Shown here: in pieces, positions 11,203 through 24,106 of the stretch
Layout of the letters: the number at the start of each line of letters is the position of its first letter
Numbering within the stretch: position 1 is the first letter of the stretch
Assembly: GCA_963920595.1 (NCBI GenBank)
Contig: OY986949.1
Location: forward strand, 3,100,001-3,164,000
From: Eimeria praecox
Lineage: Eukaryota
Length of the DNA: 64,000 nt
Direction: 5' to 3'
The notes under the pieces: model-generated
Database searches by the model: none
Told to the model about the DNA's origin: nothing
Seen by the model: the letters and a program-made list of their open reading frames with translations, nothing else
Translations under genes and position numbers: made by a program

Positions 11203-13594
11203 TTAAGCGATCTTTGTTTGTTCTGCTCTCATCATAAAAAACTGCTTCATGAGTTCGTAACAAGCAAACTGAATCGCCCCGGCTGGAAGGCTGCGCAAAG
11301 TAGCAGGCCAAATGCCGAAGTAAAGAGCTCGTAAACCCTCCCTTTGTTTGATTTCCCTAAGACAATGCCAAGTAGACCTGCACTCAGCAGCCAAACAAAC
11401 CCGAAACCCAGCATCATGGCCATCCACTCTCTACAAGAACACAGAACACCGCAACCACCGATAAAAACTGGCTCAAAAACCCTAGCCCAGTCAAAGCCAA
11501 ACCCTCGGCATGAGATAGCAAGCCCACAACAACGTTAGAATAGAGGGAAAATCAAAGAAATCCTGAAACCCAAACCCGAAACACGAAACAGCACGTGCAT
11601 CCAGGTGCATTCAATCCAAATCCAGCGATCACTATCAAAGCTAAGAAGATATTATATAACCCCAGCAGCAAAGCTGCAAAATAAACAACTCACGGAATAT
11701 CTCTGAGTGCACGAAGAAGGGCCCTTAACCTCAGCTCAGAACCCCAAAGACTAAGCAACAGAGTAAATGAAGCTTATTTGTGAACACAGCACATCGACGA
11801 CACAAGAAAGCCCCTTTCTTTGCAACTTGTCTTATAGCAAGCAAGCAAACAAACACGATACAAACAGAAAAACTCACGAAATTCAACAAGGTAACCAAGA
11901 AGTAAGCTGGCAAGCAAACGAACCAGCAAACAAGCAAACAAAACAAGTCAGCAGCCATATATACACGCACGCTCATCGCCTATGCCTCAGTCACACCTGT
12001 ATAGTTTCGGACGGCCGTCTATTCCGTCGTTCATAAGCCGTTTACGAATTGTATCGAAGGGGAAAACAACTGCCTGAGCAGCCATGTTCGCGGCACTGCC
12101 TGCGAGCAGAAGCATACGCCACACAAAGGGATGCTCTTCCAGCCATTCCTCTCTCACCCTACTGCACAAGAGGCTTTCCCTGTTGCTGTTGCTGCTGTTG
12201 CTGTTGTTGTTGCTGCTGCTGCTGCTGCTGTTGCCTCGTCAAGCGCGGCTCCTTCAAGCCACCACGCTAAGGCAACAATAAATAATGGACGAGACGCCTT
12301 AACTCCAAGACCAAAGCTTGGTAGAACCTAAAACCATAACGGCTCATGCCATTTCAAACTACAGCACCCCCTACTTTTGCTGCTGCTGCTCTTGCTGCTG
12401 CTGCTGCTCTTGCTGCTGCTGCTGCTGCTGCTGCGTTGAGTCCAAAGCCCACCTGAAACGCCTGCAGTGAGCAGTACATGGGGCCACGAACCGCCAGCAC
12501 TTCTCTGTTGTGCTGCATCTCCCAAAATCCTGCAGCAGCAAAAGACACCGCAGCACCAGCAAACATAGAAGCTTCCTCCCGCACCAGCAGCAGGCAACGA
12601 CTGCCTCCAGCAGCAGCAACCCCGCCAGCACTCCCCCCTCCTCCCCCCCCCCCCGCGTTCCTCCAGGGTTTCAAATTCATATTCCTTCCTTGCCCACCAG
12701 TCTCCCCTGGCTAGCTAATGCATGCTCAGCTAGCCAGCTAGCTGCACTCAACCGATTTTCTTGGAAGGGGGGGTGAGGGGGGGAGGGGAAGGGGGTCGCC
12801 TGTGTCTGCCAAGCTAGCCGACGCGTCTACAACTAGCTAGCTAGCTAGCCAACTAGCTAGCTAGGTAGCTGGTTAATAAAGTGTTTCGGTCGCTAGCTGA
12901 GTACAGGTCGGGTGGGTTGCTGGATGTTGTGTAGCTAGCAAGCTGGTTTGTGTTGCCCTAGCCAGGTGTATCGACATCATGGGCTTAGTGACCGCAGCGC
13001 AGCAGCTTTGCTGTGCTATTATTTGTGTATTTGCGTTGAGGTGTATGCACACCTGTTAGACATATCGAAGAAAGCCATCTGCAGCATCACGTATGGCACC
13101 CCAGATAAAAGAGCTACAGAATAGCCTTTAAAGAAGCCGCTAGGCCCCTCCAACTGCCACACACGGCGAGCACAGTCCACCACTCCCTGGTAGCCTGTCT
13201 TGCTGCTGCTGCTGCTGCTGCTGCAGCTGCTGCTGCTGCTGCTGCTTCTGACACTGCTGCTGCTGCTTGTATAGTGGCCGGTTATGTTTCTGTTGTTGCT
13301 GGCGTTGCTGGAGGAGGAGCTGTTGACGCAGCTGCCTCCGCCGATGCTGCTCTTGTGGCTGCTGCTGCTGCTAGGTGATGCAGCAGCAGCAGGAACAGCA
13401 GCAGGAGCAGCAGCAGCAGCAGCTGCTGCTGCTGAGTGTTGTTTTCCAAGTTTGTCGGCGTTAATGCCAACGGCAATTCGTACAGAGAGAAAGTCGAGAG
13501 GGTAGGATAAGGTCTTCTGTAAAGAACCAGCGAAGGCGCCAGCGAGCAATAGAGACCCCAGATCTGCACGATTACTGCTACTGTTGCTGCTGCT

Positions 13595-13643
<49 letters not shown>

Positions 13644-13958
13644 AGAGCTCGTTTAGCAATATCATTTGCTGGGAATTTGATGGCGTAGCAAGCAGCAGCT
13701 CTAACTGCATTGACTGCGTTGCCTCTCCATAAACCTTTTACTCCTTCCTCTTGAACGACAAGCCGAAGGCCTGAGATAACTCCATTGTATTTATTAAATT
13801 TGTTTGGGGATGAAGCAGAAGATGCTGCTCCTATAAAATATTTATTGTGCATTTGCTCGCTTGCAGATACTCCACAGGGCCGTATCCCCTGTTGCTGTAC
13901 CGTTGCACGAGGTCCCTGTTGCTGACCTTGCTGTTTCTGTTGCTGTTGCTGCTGCTGC

Positions 13959-13998
<40 letters not shown>

Positions 13999-14251
13999 CC
14001 TGTTGGGTGTGCTGCAGCATCCCCTGGACCTGGTACAGCAGCCGCAGCCGATCCATTGGGGCGCAGGCTGTCTTTGTAATTAATCCGCTTACAGCAGCGC
14101 TGATAAATAGTTCGAAGGAACTGGGGAGCTGCCGGGATGATGTACTGAGGTTAGCAGACAACTGCTGCTGCTGCTGCTGCTGCTGCTCGTGCTGCTGCTC
14201 TTGCTGCTGCAGCTGCGGCAGCAGCCCCTGTGGCTGCTGTGCTGCTATCAT
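11203..14251 (-). CDS. Mitochondrial carrier (SLC25) family protein, probably CoA/adenine-nucleotide carrier-like. Exons 14251-13053, 12158-11997, 11377-11203
   Basis: Three carrier repeats with Px[DE]xx[KR] signatures (PMDRLR, the divergent PLDFLS, PFDTIRK) and EGVKGLWRGN, EGPSGFFKG, EGLRALYFG motifs. Splice phases are consistent. Poly-Q/S/A insertions lie in loops. Confidence 0.9.
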
Positions 14252-14354
14252 CGTATCCGTAAAAGGGCTGCAGTTAGAGGAACATACTTACGCAGATACT
14301 CGCAGCAGTTTCCAGCCAGAGACCGAGATGCTGCTGCTGCTGCTGCTGCTGTTC

Positions 14355-14389
<35 letters not shown>

Positions 14390-16261
14390 GGGGCTACAGT
14401 CTCTGCATGAATGGCGGCAGAGCGCCGCCCTGCTCTGGAGCCAGCAGCATGGTGAGATGTATTTTGTTTTATGTCTTAAGGGACAATCAACGATTCAGAT
14501 AAAGAGGAGAAGAAGCCAGCAAGCAGCCACAGCAGACAACGAGGCCAAAGGCTTGCAGCAAGAGTGTAGGGCCTCAAAGCAAGGGCCTCTCCATGCGTCT
14601 TTGGGGTGTCTGTACACCATCAGGCTGTAAGAACCCTCAAAACTCTTTTCGATTATACAATATTATTTAACTTGAGCTTCAAATACACAATTATTTGTCC
14701 TACAATACAAGCAATTCCTTCAGCGTGCACGGGGGCCCTTCAGACCCTCGGGGGCCCTTTGCAGGGCAGCAGGCTGCTGCTACTGCTGCTGCTGCTGCTG
14801 CTGCTGCTAGTGTAGCAGCAGCAAGGCAGCAGCAGCAGCAGCATCAGCAGCAGCAGCGCGTGTCTGTGTGCAGTGTGCGTTAGAGAGTAATAGTAATAAC
14901 AGTTTGTCTTGCATGGATGTCTCAGTCATAAAGATTTATTTTAATGTGTTAGCAACAATCAAGGAGCAGAGAGGGAGCGACCCCACAGAGTATATCGGCA
15001 ACTGGCCGCCTAGTCTGGGTGCACTGCTGAGCCGAGCAGCAGCGATGTGTCTCTGTTTCGTTGTTATTTAAATAGTTTTATTGGTTTTTATATACACTAA
15101 AGCGAGTCAAAAAAGACTATATTGTTGAGATTCTATACTTGATTGGCGCTGTACTCTAGTGTAGTCAGCGCCGCCTGCTGCTGCTGCAGCGCCGGTGCCA
15201 CCGCAGCAGCCACGCAACGGGCGGCGCAGCAGCAGCAGCAGCAGCAGCAGCTGCTGCTGCTGGGCAGCGTGCAGCAGCACACCACGAGTTTTTGTTGGGT
15301 TTTTACCTTCGTCTAGTCCTCAAGACAGGAGTCAGCCTGCTCTCTGGATGCTCCCTTTTCCTCTGCTGCTGCAGCAGGACACTTGCTGCTGCTGCTGCTG
15401 CGCTGCGCCTGTGCTGCTAGAGTTGCTGCTGGCAGCACAAGCAGCAGGAGCAGCAGCCCTCTCCACTCAGGTGCTAAAACACATAACTCCTAATTGATGA
15501 AAGGGTCAAATTGTCTTATTTTCTTGCGTGTCTGTGGCTCTACACCCCGCAGTGGCTTGCTGCTGCTGCTGCTCGACCCAGGCGTCCTGCTGCTGCTGCT
15601 GCTGCAGCGGCGCTAGCCCCCATTCCTCGCCTCCTCGCTTTCCCTTGTCTTGTAAGAATCACATCGTGTGTTGGACTTGTCTACGTCATTGGAGGCTCGG
15701 ATTTAGACCCTGCTTCTGGTGTGTGTTGCCGCTACTGTTGCTGCTGCTGCTGCTCTTCTTGAGGGGGCGCCGCAGCCGACAGGGGGAGTCGGTGGAAGCA
15801 CGCGGTGCCAGCAGCAGCAGCAGCAGCTGCTGCTGCTGCTGCTGCATGCGCACGCAATTTTCTGCTGTTGTTTGTCTGTTTTAATGGAGCACACAGCTAC
15901 GAAGACAGTAACTGCAGCACGCCGAAGCAGCAGCAGCAAGCGATCTGAATACAGGGCTGGCGTGGCGTAGAACCCCGCCACATGGGTGGTTGTCTTTCTC
16001 TCTTTTATTTCTTCATTTGATGACTCGCTAGACACTCGGCTGCTGCTGCTTGCGGCTCTACGGCGGCCTCCTGCCACCTGGCCCGTCCAGTCCCAGCAGC
16101 AGCAGCAACAGCAACAGCAGCAGCAGCCGCAGCCGCAGCCGCACTGCAGCAGACCTCCGTCCATTGGCCGGGTGTTGTGACTGTGCGCGGCTCCTTGCTG
16201 CTCCACGGTGTGTGCTCCTACTGCAGAGGCAGTCTCGGGTGTACGTACAGCTCAAGTCAGC

Positions 16262-18193
16262 ATGCTGCCGCAGGTGCTGCACTCACCGCCGTGCCTTCCC
16301 TCAGGCCTGATGGATCCGTGTCAGGCGGGGGGTTGCTGCAGTTGCAGCGGCGTCAGCAGCAGCTGCTGCGAGGAGTCGGCAACGGAGCCCTTCCTGCAGC
16401 AGTCTTGCTGCTTGGCTGCAGCAGGAGAGCTGACTTGCAGCAGATGTGCTGCCTATGCTCAACTGCTGCGGCTGCGGTGCGACTCTGCCTCTTCCTTTCT
16501 CGCCCCTCCCTCAGCCGCTGCTGCTGCTGCCCTGTCGTGCGCGGCCCCCCCAAAGTCGGAGGAGCTGGAGACAGCAGCAGCTGCTGCAGCAGCAGCAGCA
16601 GCCGCAGCAAACGGATCCCCAGCCGAGCTGCAGCGGTGCGCTGGTGCAGCGGTAGAATCCCCTTCTGTTTGTTGCTGCTGCTGCTTCTACTACGGAACCA
16701 GCAACAGCTGTTGCAGCAGCACAAGTTGCGGCAGCAGCAGTTGTGGTAGCAGCAGTTGCGGCAGCAGCAGTTGTGGGGGGGGAAGCAGTGGCGGGAGCAG
16801 CATGAGCTGCGAGACGTGGGGCCCTCTGCCTGTGTCTGCCAACGAAGAACTGCAATGTGTCTTGAGCGGTGCATGCGTGCCGTGCATGGCGCTGCAGGAG
16901 GCGGCGAGCCCCTTAGCAGCAGAAGACGGCGGGGGGGCTTCGCAGCTGTGGGGCCCCACAGAGGACAGCTGGGTGCCTCGGGAGTGCTGGGGGCCCCCCG
17001 CGCGGTGTACAGACACTGGGGGCCCCCCTGGACACGAGCGGCGCCCTACTGCAGCAGGGGTGGGGAACCTGCTGCTGCAACTGCCTAGTAGCCTCATCTG
17101 TGATGCCGCGAGATTGACAAGCGCACCCAGCCCCCTCAATTCTAGCGACGGTTCGATGCATACCCTGCCTGCATGCAACACAGCAGAAGGCGATGCAGCA
17201 GCAGCAACGCCAGCAGCACAAGACTGCTGCCAGCAACGCTGCAGCGGCGCCTATAGCTGCCGCAGCAGCACCAGCACTTGCTGCTGTACATTCGAGGCAG
17301 AAATGCTGAGGCAGCACAGAACAGAGGCTTCAGAAGATATGCTACGGCTAGACGAAGATCTCCTCCTCCACGGCGAGCACACTGGTTCTGCTGCAGCAGC
17401 TGGTCCAGCAGCAGCAGCAGCAGCTGCTGCTGCTGCTTCAGCAGCCCCAATTCCCTGCCAGGACGTACAACTTCAGCAACAGCAACATCAGCAGCAGAAT
17501 GAGCTGCAGCGCTTCGAGCAACTTTCTCCTCTCCCAATGTCTTCTTGTGCAAGTGGCTGTTCTTCTCCTTTGCAACCAACACACCTAGATCAACAGACGC
17601 CTTCAAACCAACAGCAGCAGCAGCAGCAGCAGCAGCTGATGCTACTTGAGGGGCAGGGCCCCCAGTCTTTGACGCTAGAGAGCCAACAAGCAGAAACGGA
17701 GGTCCTGCAGCAGCCTCTCATCCCTGGGAAGAGGCTGCGAACGAGAAGAAGACGCCTCGTAGAGCCCATTGGGGCCCACAGACAGCAGCAGCAGCAGCAA
17801 CAACAACAGCGGCAGGAGAAACAGCAACAGCAACAGCGGCAGCAGCCATTCGCAACAGGCACCTGCTGCTGTGGCAGCCAGCCGTGTGTTTGCTCGCAGC
17901 AGCAGCAGCAGCAACAACAACAACAACAACAGCACACAGCGGGCGGCTTCTTCTTGTCGGAGACAGATGCCGCAGCCAGACAGGGCTGCTACAGCAGCAC
18001 GCAGCAAGAGCAGCAGCAGGAAGAGCAGCAGGAGTCGCTGCTGCTTCCTGTGCACAAGAGAAAGGTATTGACAAGCACTCCTCCTCCGGCGGAGTCGGGT
18101 TGTGAGGAGTGGCCGACCAGCAGAGGTGACCAATGGTCATGTGATGGTGGGCCAGGGGCTCAGGCCCTGCTGCTGTCCTCAGAGGAGCAGCAA

Positions 18194-18225
<32 letters not shown>

Positions 18226-20050
18226 ACAGCAGCAACAGCAGCAGCAACTCTCTCCTTCCTCATTCTATGACTTTTCGTGTTCACCTACCACAGCGACAAC
18301 AAACTCCCAGCAGCAGCAGCTGCAGCACGGCGAGTCGCCCACAGGAACTTGCAGCGGGTGTGGCAGTGCTTCCAGCTGCTGCTGCTGCGGGTCATTGGGA
18401 CTGGAGCAGCAGCAGCAGCAGCAGCAGCAAGTGGGCATGCACACGTTAGTGGATGGCACGCTGACGAGGCAGCTGTCTCATGTGTCGCAAGAGTCGGGTG
18501 TAGGCGGTGAGACAGCAGCAGCAAACAACAACAACAACAGCAGCAGCAGCAGCAGTGCTACGCATGAATTGGGTCAGGAGTCGTCTCCGCCTTCTGCAGC
18601 GCCTTCGCCCAAAGTAGAAGCAGCAGCTGCAGCAGCTGCAGCAGCAGCAGCGGCAGCAGCAGGTGTGGGGCCTGCGTTTGCATGCGGTGGGGATTTACCG
18701 GTGTGTCTACCTCAGTGCGAAGACAGCAGCCCGTATCCTTCGTTGCTGCGGCTTACAGAGGCGCAGTGGCAGCAGTTCAGGGCCCAGGGCCTCTTTAAAC
18801 TAGGAGACAAGGGGCGGGCCATCATCAAAAGCAGGATCTCCAGGTAGGGGGATCTAGGGTTTAGAGGAGGCCATTGTTTAGGGTTTATGGTGGTTATGAG
18901 GACTGCGGGCTCATCAGGGATTAAGGGTTTAGGGTCTAGGGTTTAGGGTTTAAGGTTTAGGATTAGGGTTTAGGGGTTAGGTTTAACGTCTCATAAAGGT
19001 TGAGGGCTTGCGAGGTTATACTGCAGTGTGTTGACAGATGCAGAGGCCGCCAATCTCAGCAGTAGGGCAGCAGTAGGATAGCATGCAGTGGGGATCCTTT
19101 TGATTTGTTGTGGTGTACAGACAGCTCCGCGTCTTCCCGCATCTCCGCAAGAGGGCCTCAGCCGTTGCTGGGGTTCGCTGTGCCACTACCAAGCAGCTGT
19201 TTCAGCTCGCGCAGGTAGGTTTTTTCTAAAGGGGGTATTGCTAGGGGTTTATTTTTGTTACGGTTTTGTTGTCTATCCTCATTGCTATGGGCTTATTGCC
19301 TAGGGTTTGTTGTCTAGGGCTTAGTGTTAAGTGTTTACTATTGAGGGTTTCTTAAGTGTTTCTTGTTAAGGGTTTTAGGGTTTAGGGTTTTGTGGTTTAC
19401 TTTGTATGGGTTAGGGTTTATTGTCTAAGATTTATTATTCAAGTTTTATGGTTTGGGGTTGGGGGTTTAGGCTCATCTACGCACGAACACTCTGCTGCTG
19501 CAGACCCCTAAACCCACCCTTACCAGAGCTTAAAGCCCTGCTTGCTGCACGATAGGAGCGCTAGCGATGTGGTCTTGGGGATGCATGCAACATGCATGCA
19601 GCGTGTGTGAGTTTGCTGTTGCAGATCTGCGGATTGTATGACGTGCTACCTCCCCAGTTCCAGCCGGCCTCCTTTAGGGGTTCGCAGCAGGGTCAGCCGC
19701 AGCAGCAGAGCTGCCAACTGGAGGCGCAGGGCGGGCAGCAGGATACAGCAGCAGCAGCAGCAGCGGCTGTTGTTGGCCCCTACTCTTCCCTCAGCCCTCT
19801 AGCCAGCAGCGCACTCACTGACACCGGACCAACAGGCAGCGCTTCTGCTGTGGCTGGAGCAACACTCATGGTGGGAGACTTTGAGGGGGCGTCTCCAGGG
19901 GGAAGCAGCAGCAGCAACAACAACAACAATAACAATACGAACACTGGATTTTGGCAGCAGCAGCAGCAGATGCTGCTGGAGAACATGCAACAGCGGTCTC
20001 AGCAGCAGGTTTTTTGCGAACAGCAGCAGCTACAGCTACCGTTACTTTGA
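16262..20050 (+). CDS. Large Q/A/S/C-rich protein with a compact basic helical domain near the C-terminus, function unknown. Exons 16262-18843, 19121-19214, 19625-20050
   Basis: 879-aa ORF whose first ATG is at 16262. Phase-consistent GT-AG introns join YPSLLRLTEAQWQQFRAQGLFKLGDKGRAIIKSRISR|QLRVFPHLRKRASAVAGVRCATTKQLFQLAQ|ICGLYDVLPP. Confidence 0.75.
18854..19006 (+). repeat. Interstitial telomere-like (TTTAGGG)n degenerate repeats in an intron
   Basis: gggtttagggtctagggtttagggtttaaggtttaggattagggtttagggg is visible. Confidence 0.9.
19300..19520 (+). repeat. Second intronic cluster of degenerate TTTAGGG repeats
   Basis: ttttagggtttagggtttt, gggttagggttta and an inverted ccctaaaccc. Confidence 0.8.
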
Positions 20051-20835
20051 TGCAGTGGCCTGAAGTTTCTGTAGCGACACATTAACCTCATTGCTGCAGA
20101 CACAGCAACTGCAGCAGATCTTACCGTTATTGGAGATTAGCAGCAGGAGCAGCAGCAACAACAGCAGCAACAGCCGCTGCTGTGCCTTCAACACCGTCAA
20201 CAGCTTGCAGCACCTTCTGGAGAGGAAGGCTTGCTGCTTCAGTGACTACATCGTGTGCTCCCAAAGACCCATCCCGATTAGCTGCAAGCTTTCGACAACT
20301 GGCAAGCAGCAGCAACAGCGACAAGCAGCACCAGCAGCAGCCACAGCAAAGGGGGAGGAGGGGCTGCTTGAGGGGTAGCTGGTTCTCTCTCACGTGTTAT
20401 ACTTTGCTGGATAGAAAGGACTTGGCGGCATTCTGACTGACTCTGTTCAGTGGCAATGACAGAAAATATTTTCCTACATCTCTAACATGTACAAGACGAA
20501 AGAGAAGCCTAAACCCACAGTTTTCGGTAAAACCTCCTCTCACAGCAGCACCGTCAAGCAGGTAACCGCAGCAGCTGTTGCAGCAATTACAGCAGCAGCT
20601 GGTGATGCAGCAGCAGAGCTACAGCAGGAGCAGCTGATGCAGCAGCAGAGCACCAGCAGCAGCTGCTGTGGTCCCTCTTGCGGTCTGGTCTCAGCGGTTT
20701 GGGGTGTATTGTGAAATCTTCAGTTTGCATGTGTTTTCGGGTGCCTTGTGATCGCATAGTCACAAGACACCGACATGGGGTGACAGCCGCAGCGGAAATT
20801 GCTGCGGGAAGCTCCATATGATGGCTGCCTCTGAA

Positions 20836-20894
20836 CATGCATGTGTGTCTGCATGCATGCACGCACGCATGCGTGCATGCATGCATGTATGCAT
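20836..20894. repeat. TGCATGCA/CATG palindromic octamer cluster
   Basis: gcatgcatgcacgcacgcatgcgtgcatgcatgcatgtatgcatg. The motif also occurs near 2876, 7700, 8936 and 19582. It is a known abundant non-coding motif in coccidia. Confidence 0.85.
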
Positions 20895-22257
20895 GTGTGT
20901 AGGGTGTATATGGATCTCTTTACCTACATGCACATGAGTAGAGGCGTTTGATGCGCAGCGAATATGTGAAGATATGCCCACATGTTAATATATATTATAT
21001 GTGTTAATATATATTATGTTTATGGATAAATATATATTAATATATCCGTGCATGTATGTTAGGCTTAGGTTTTGAACAGGAGGGGTATGGGGTGAGCGGA
21101 TATAAGGATGTGTATAGGCAGGCATGTTGTCTCCTGTACATAGTCTTACAGCAAGCTCGCGTTTATTTTGCTCTACGTATTTCCAAGTGCTGCTATGGTT
21201 AGTGCATGCGTCCCGCCGCACCCAATCCCGCCAGGAGGCATGCAGGGTTTCTTAACCCCGCACCTTGGGCAGCAGCAGCAGCACGCAGCAACAGCAGCAG
21301 CGACAGCAGCAGCAGCATCGGAAGCAGCAGCGGCACTTGATTTCCATAGGATTTCTCTTCTTCAGCTGCCATTAGGCACTGAGGAGGCGCGTTGGCATCG
21401 AGTTCATGTTGAGCTGACTTGCATAAGGTTCACATTGCGTGAGATGCGTTCGCTTATGTACTTTTCGCAACAAGCAAGAACATATGTCATTTTCATTCAC
21501 CCACCCATATTCATTCATATTAACACTTCTGCCTCTACAAAGCAGCCAGGACCGCGTAGGGGGAGGGGAGATGGGGGAGGATGGGGTGGCAGAGGAAGCA
21601 GCTGCCGCAGGGTCAGCTGTACTGTTCGCTGTAAAAATACTGGGAGGGTGCTGATGGTCCCACTTAATAACTGCAGCAAAGCAAAGAAGTACCGATAGAT
21701 TCAGTGTGTAGCTGCTGTTGACGCTAGTCGGCGCTGATAGGGTAGAGTAGGTGCAGGGCAGGATGCGGCACGGGGAACAGTGAGCAATACCTCAGTATTA
21801 ATTAAATCATATAAAAAAGCTTGCCAGAGTTTGTGGGAACTCGTGCTTTATTGCACAAGCGCTCAGAGTGCGCAGCCGGAAGGCTGACGTGTAATGTGCT
21901 ATTCGTGTACACGGGATAGTAAGAGCCACGTAAGAAGCATTCTTGATTCGCCTCTCCATTCGATTGGAAGAGTTAAAAGATCTTTTCTGAGAGTAGTCTA
22001 ACTGTAATTTGGGGGTTATTTCAGTGGGTTTGTCGGGTTTATGTTCAAAGATCAGGGGTTGCATGCGATCACCACGTCGGTCGATCTGTGGTCAGCAAGG
22101 CAAAGCGGCGTCTGTTCTGCTCCGTAGGCGTTTAAACGTGAAACGAAAGGCTACTAAGTGCAATATAAAAGCATATAAATACTCAAACATACAATTTGAT
22201 CGTTTAACGGGCCCACTTTCGACTTAGGATGTGACCTCGTTTCACGTGGATCTCACT

Positions 22258-24106
22258 ATGAAAGAAGAAGGGCTGCTGCAGCCTCGCAGCTCTTTTGACC
22301 ATTCAGGACGCGTTCACTCCGACTCAAGTGGTGGTTCGTTGCATGCACAAACCTTTTCAAGTGTGCAGAGCACTCCGGGGGAGGGTGCCAGCTCCCTTCG
22401 CAACACGGCAGAAACGAATGCTGAAAAGGGAGGTTCTTCAGGGGCAGACAGCGACAAGTCTCATGCACTGAGTGCCCGATATGTTGCATATCTAGGCTGC
22501 ATCAAAGATAACTGGTCCTCCTGCCACGCAGCTAAATTGCTCGATGAGAACCTGATCGCCTATCTTCGCCCCCGATTCGTGCTGCTCTCCACCCCTTTGA
22601 AAGTTCGTGTGTTGACGTCTTTTCTCTACATAAAGGCAGACCTCGTAAGCTGCAAGTTTATACCCATGAAGGGGCGTTCTTTCCCTCTCTTCTCCCGGAA
22701 GAGGGCCGCTATTATGGCTGTGCATGCAGTAGCTGCTGGCACCCCCAATCTGCTCGTGCATTGATTATCCCATTGTCTCTATGAATCGGCCTGTCAGTGA
22801 GGCTTTCCCTTGCAAGCTCTTGGAGACCCTGGATTTGCCGGCTTGTTCATGAAATACCAACTCTTTCCTGTGTTCGTTGATCAGCGGTGCTGCATCGTAT
22901 CTGCATAGCTAGCGTCTGCATAAGACGGTTAATAATATGAAAGTGCTCTTGAAATGTGTTTAAATACATGAAGTGGGTGCTGTATGATCTGTGGTGGTGT
23001 ACGTTCAGCGAGAGAGATGCAGCGAAACGCTCAGCGAAATAACAAAGGAAGGAGAAACCGATCCCAACGAATGGGTGAAGAAACTCAGTCGCATCCTGGT
23101 TGGTCCACGCACTGTTTAGTCTCATATCATGCATGAGGCTTGCTGCTGCTGCAGATACTGCTGCTGCTTCGGTTGCTTCTGCTGTTGCTGCTGTCACTGT
23201 TACGGCGGCTTACAATGAAGGCGCTGTTGCTGCTAATGCTGCTGTTGCTGCTGTTGGTGTTTTACGTCTCAAGATTCCTTATATCACAAGCGGGAGGATT
23301 GATTTAAGGGAGACAGACACGGAGACAGCCTTCAGGATCATCAATTTTCTAGATGAGCAAAGAGGTGTGCCTTTCTTCATATTCGTAGCCTACCCACTAA
23401 AATTTTGTTGCACCTTCTGTTCGCTGTTCTTTGTTTCTTCTACGTCTTTGTTTTCTTCATGAAATCATTTTGCTGTTTAGCGCCAGCATAGCTGTAGTGT
23501 GGCTGATGAGCCAGGGGCTAATACTAATAATTGAATATAATTATGTTGTACCCCTAACGTGCAACCGTGCATATTGTCATGTATGACTTCATATTAACAT
23601 ACTATTGTATATTAGAATAGAGCCTGTCAAAACATACTATTGAGTTCTTTGTTGTTTGCTTTACATTCAGCTCTCAATCCCCAGCAAGGCCCATACCGCC
23701 TGAAGGCGGGCCTGGAGGAACAGCACATGTGCGAGCCGCACACAGAAGTAGAGACTGCTGCTGCTGTTGCAGCAGCAGCTAGTAGCGAGGACCCACTGCT
23801 GCATTTGCTGCAGCTACCACAGAAAGGAGTGCTGGAAATGACTCTGTTCAACGCCCGAGACAGTTTCGACAACCTGCTCAAAGGTGTACGTGCATACACG
23901 CCGATGCTGTTAATTCAAAACACTTCTCGGTACCTTCTTTCTCGTCTTCTCACGTGGCTTTGACTCTCTGTGTTTCTTTTTCTTAACTGTCTTCGTTTTG
24001 GCATCAGGTCGTGCACAGGGGGACCCAGGAACTGCGGAGGTCACAGCGGGCTGTGCAGCAACGGGAGCGGAATCAGAACGAGGGTCGGAGAGATGTTTCA
24101 GCGTAA
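22258..24106 (+). CDS. NELFA: Negative elongation factor A (NELF-A)-like protein, N-terminal domain only, about 293 aa. Exons 22258-22644, 23009-23098, 23274-23364, 23671-23885, 24008-24106
   Basis: The spliced product LGCIKDNWSSCHAAKLLDENLIAYLRPRFVLLSTPLKVRVLTSFLYI...LSEITKEGETDPNEWVKKLSRILIPYITSGRIDL...LEEQHM aligns colinearly by eye with the NELF-A N-terminus as I recall it (LG...W....A.LL....I..IR..F..LS..VKLKLL....L.EII......D.D.WV.....IL......G.LNL...LE.QYL). Confidence 0.75.

Noticed and set aside
18854..19520. True telomere or chromosome-fusion site
   Set aside because: The repeats are short, degenerate and intronic. Such interstitial heptamers are common in Eimeria.
21168..21698. 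176-aa plus-strand ORF
   Set aside because: Non-ATG start, no recognisable motif, and no supporting splice structure.
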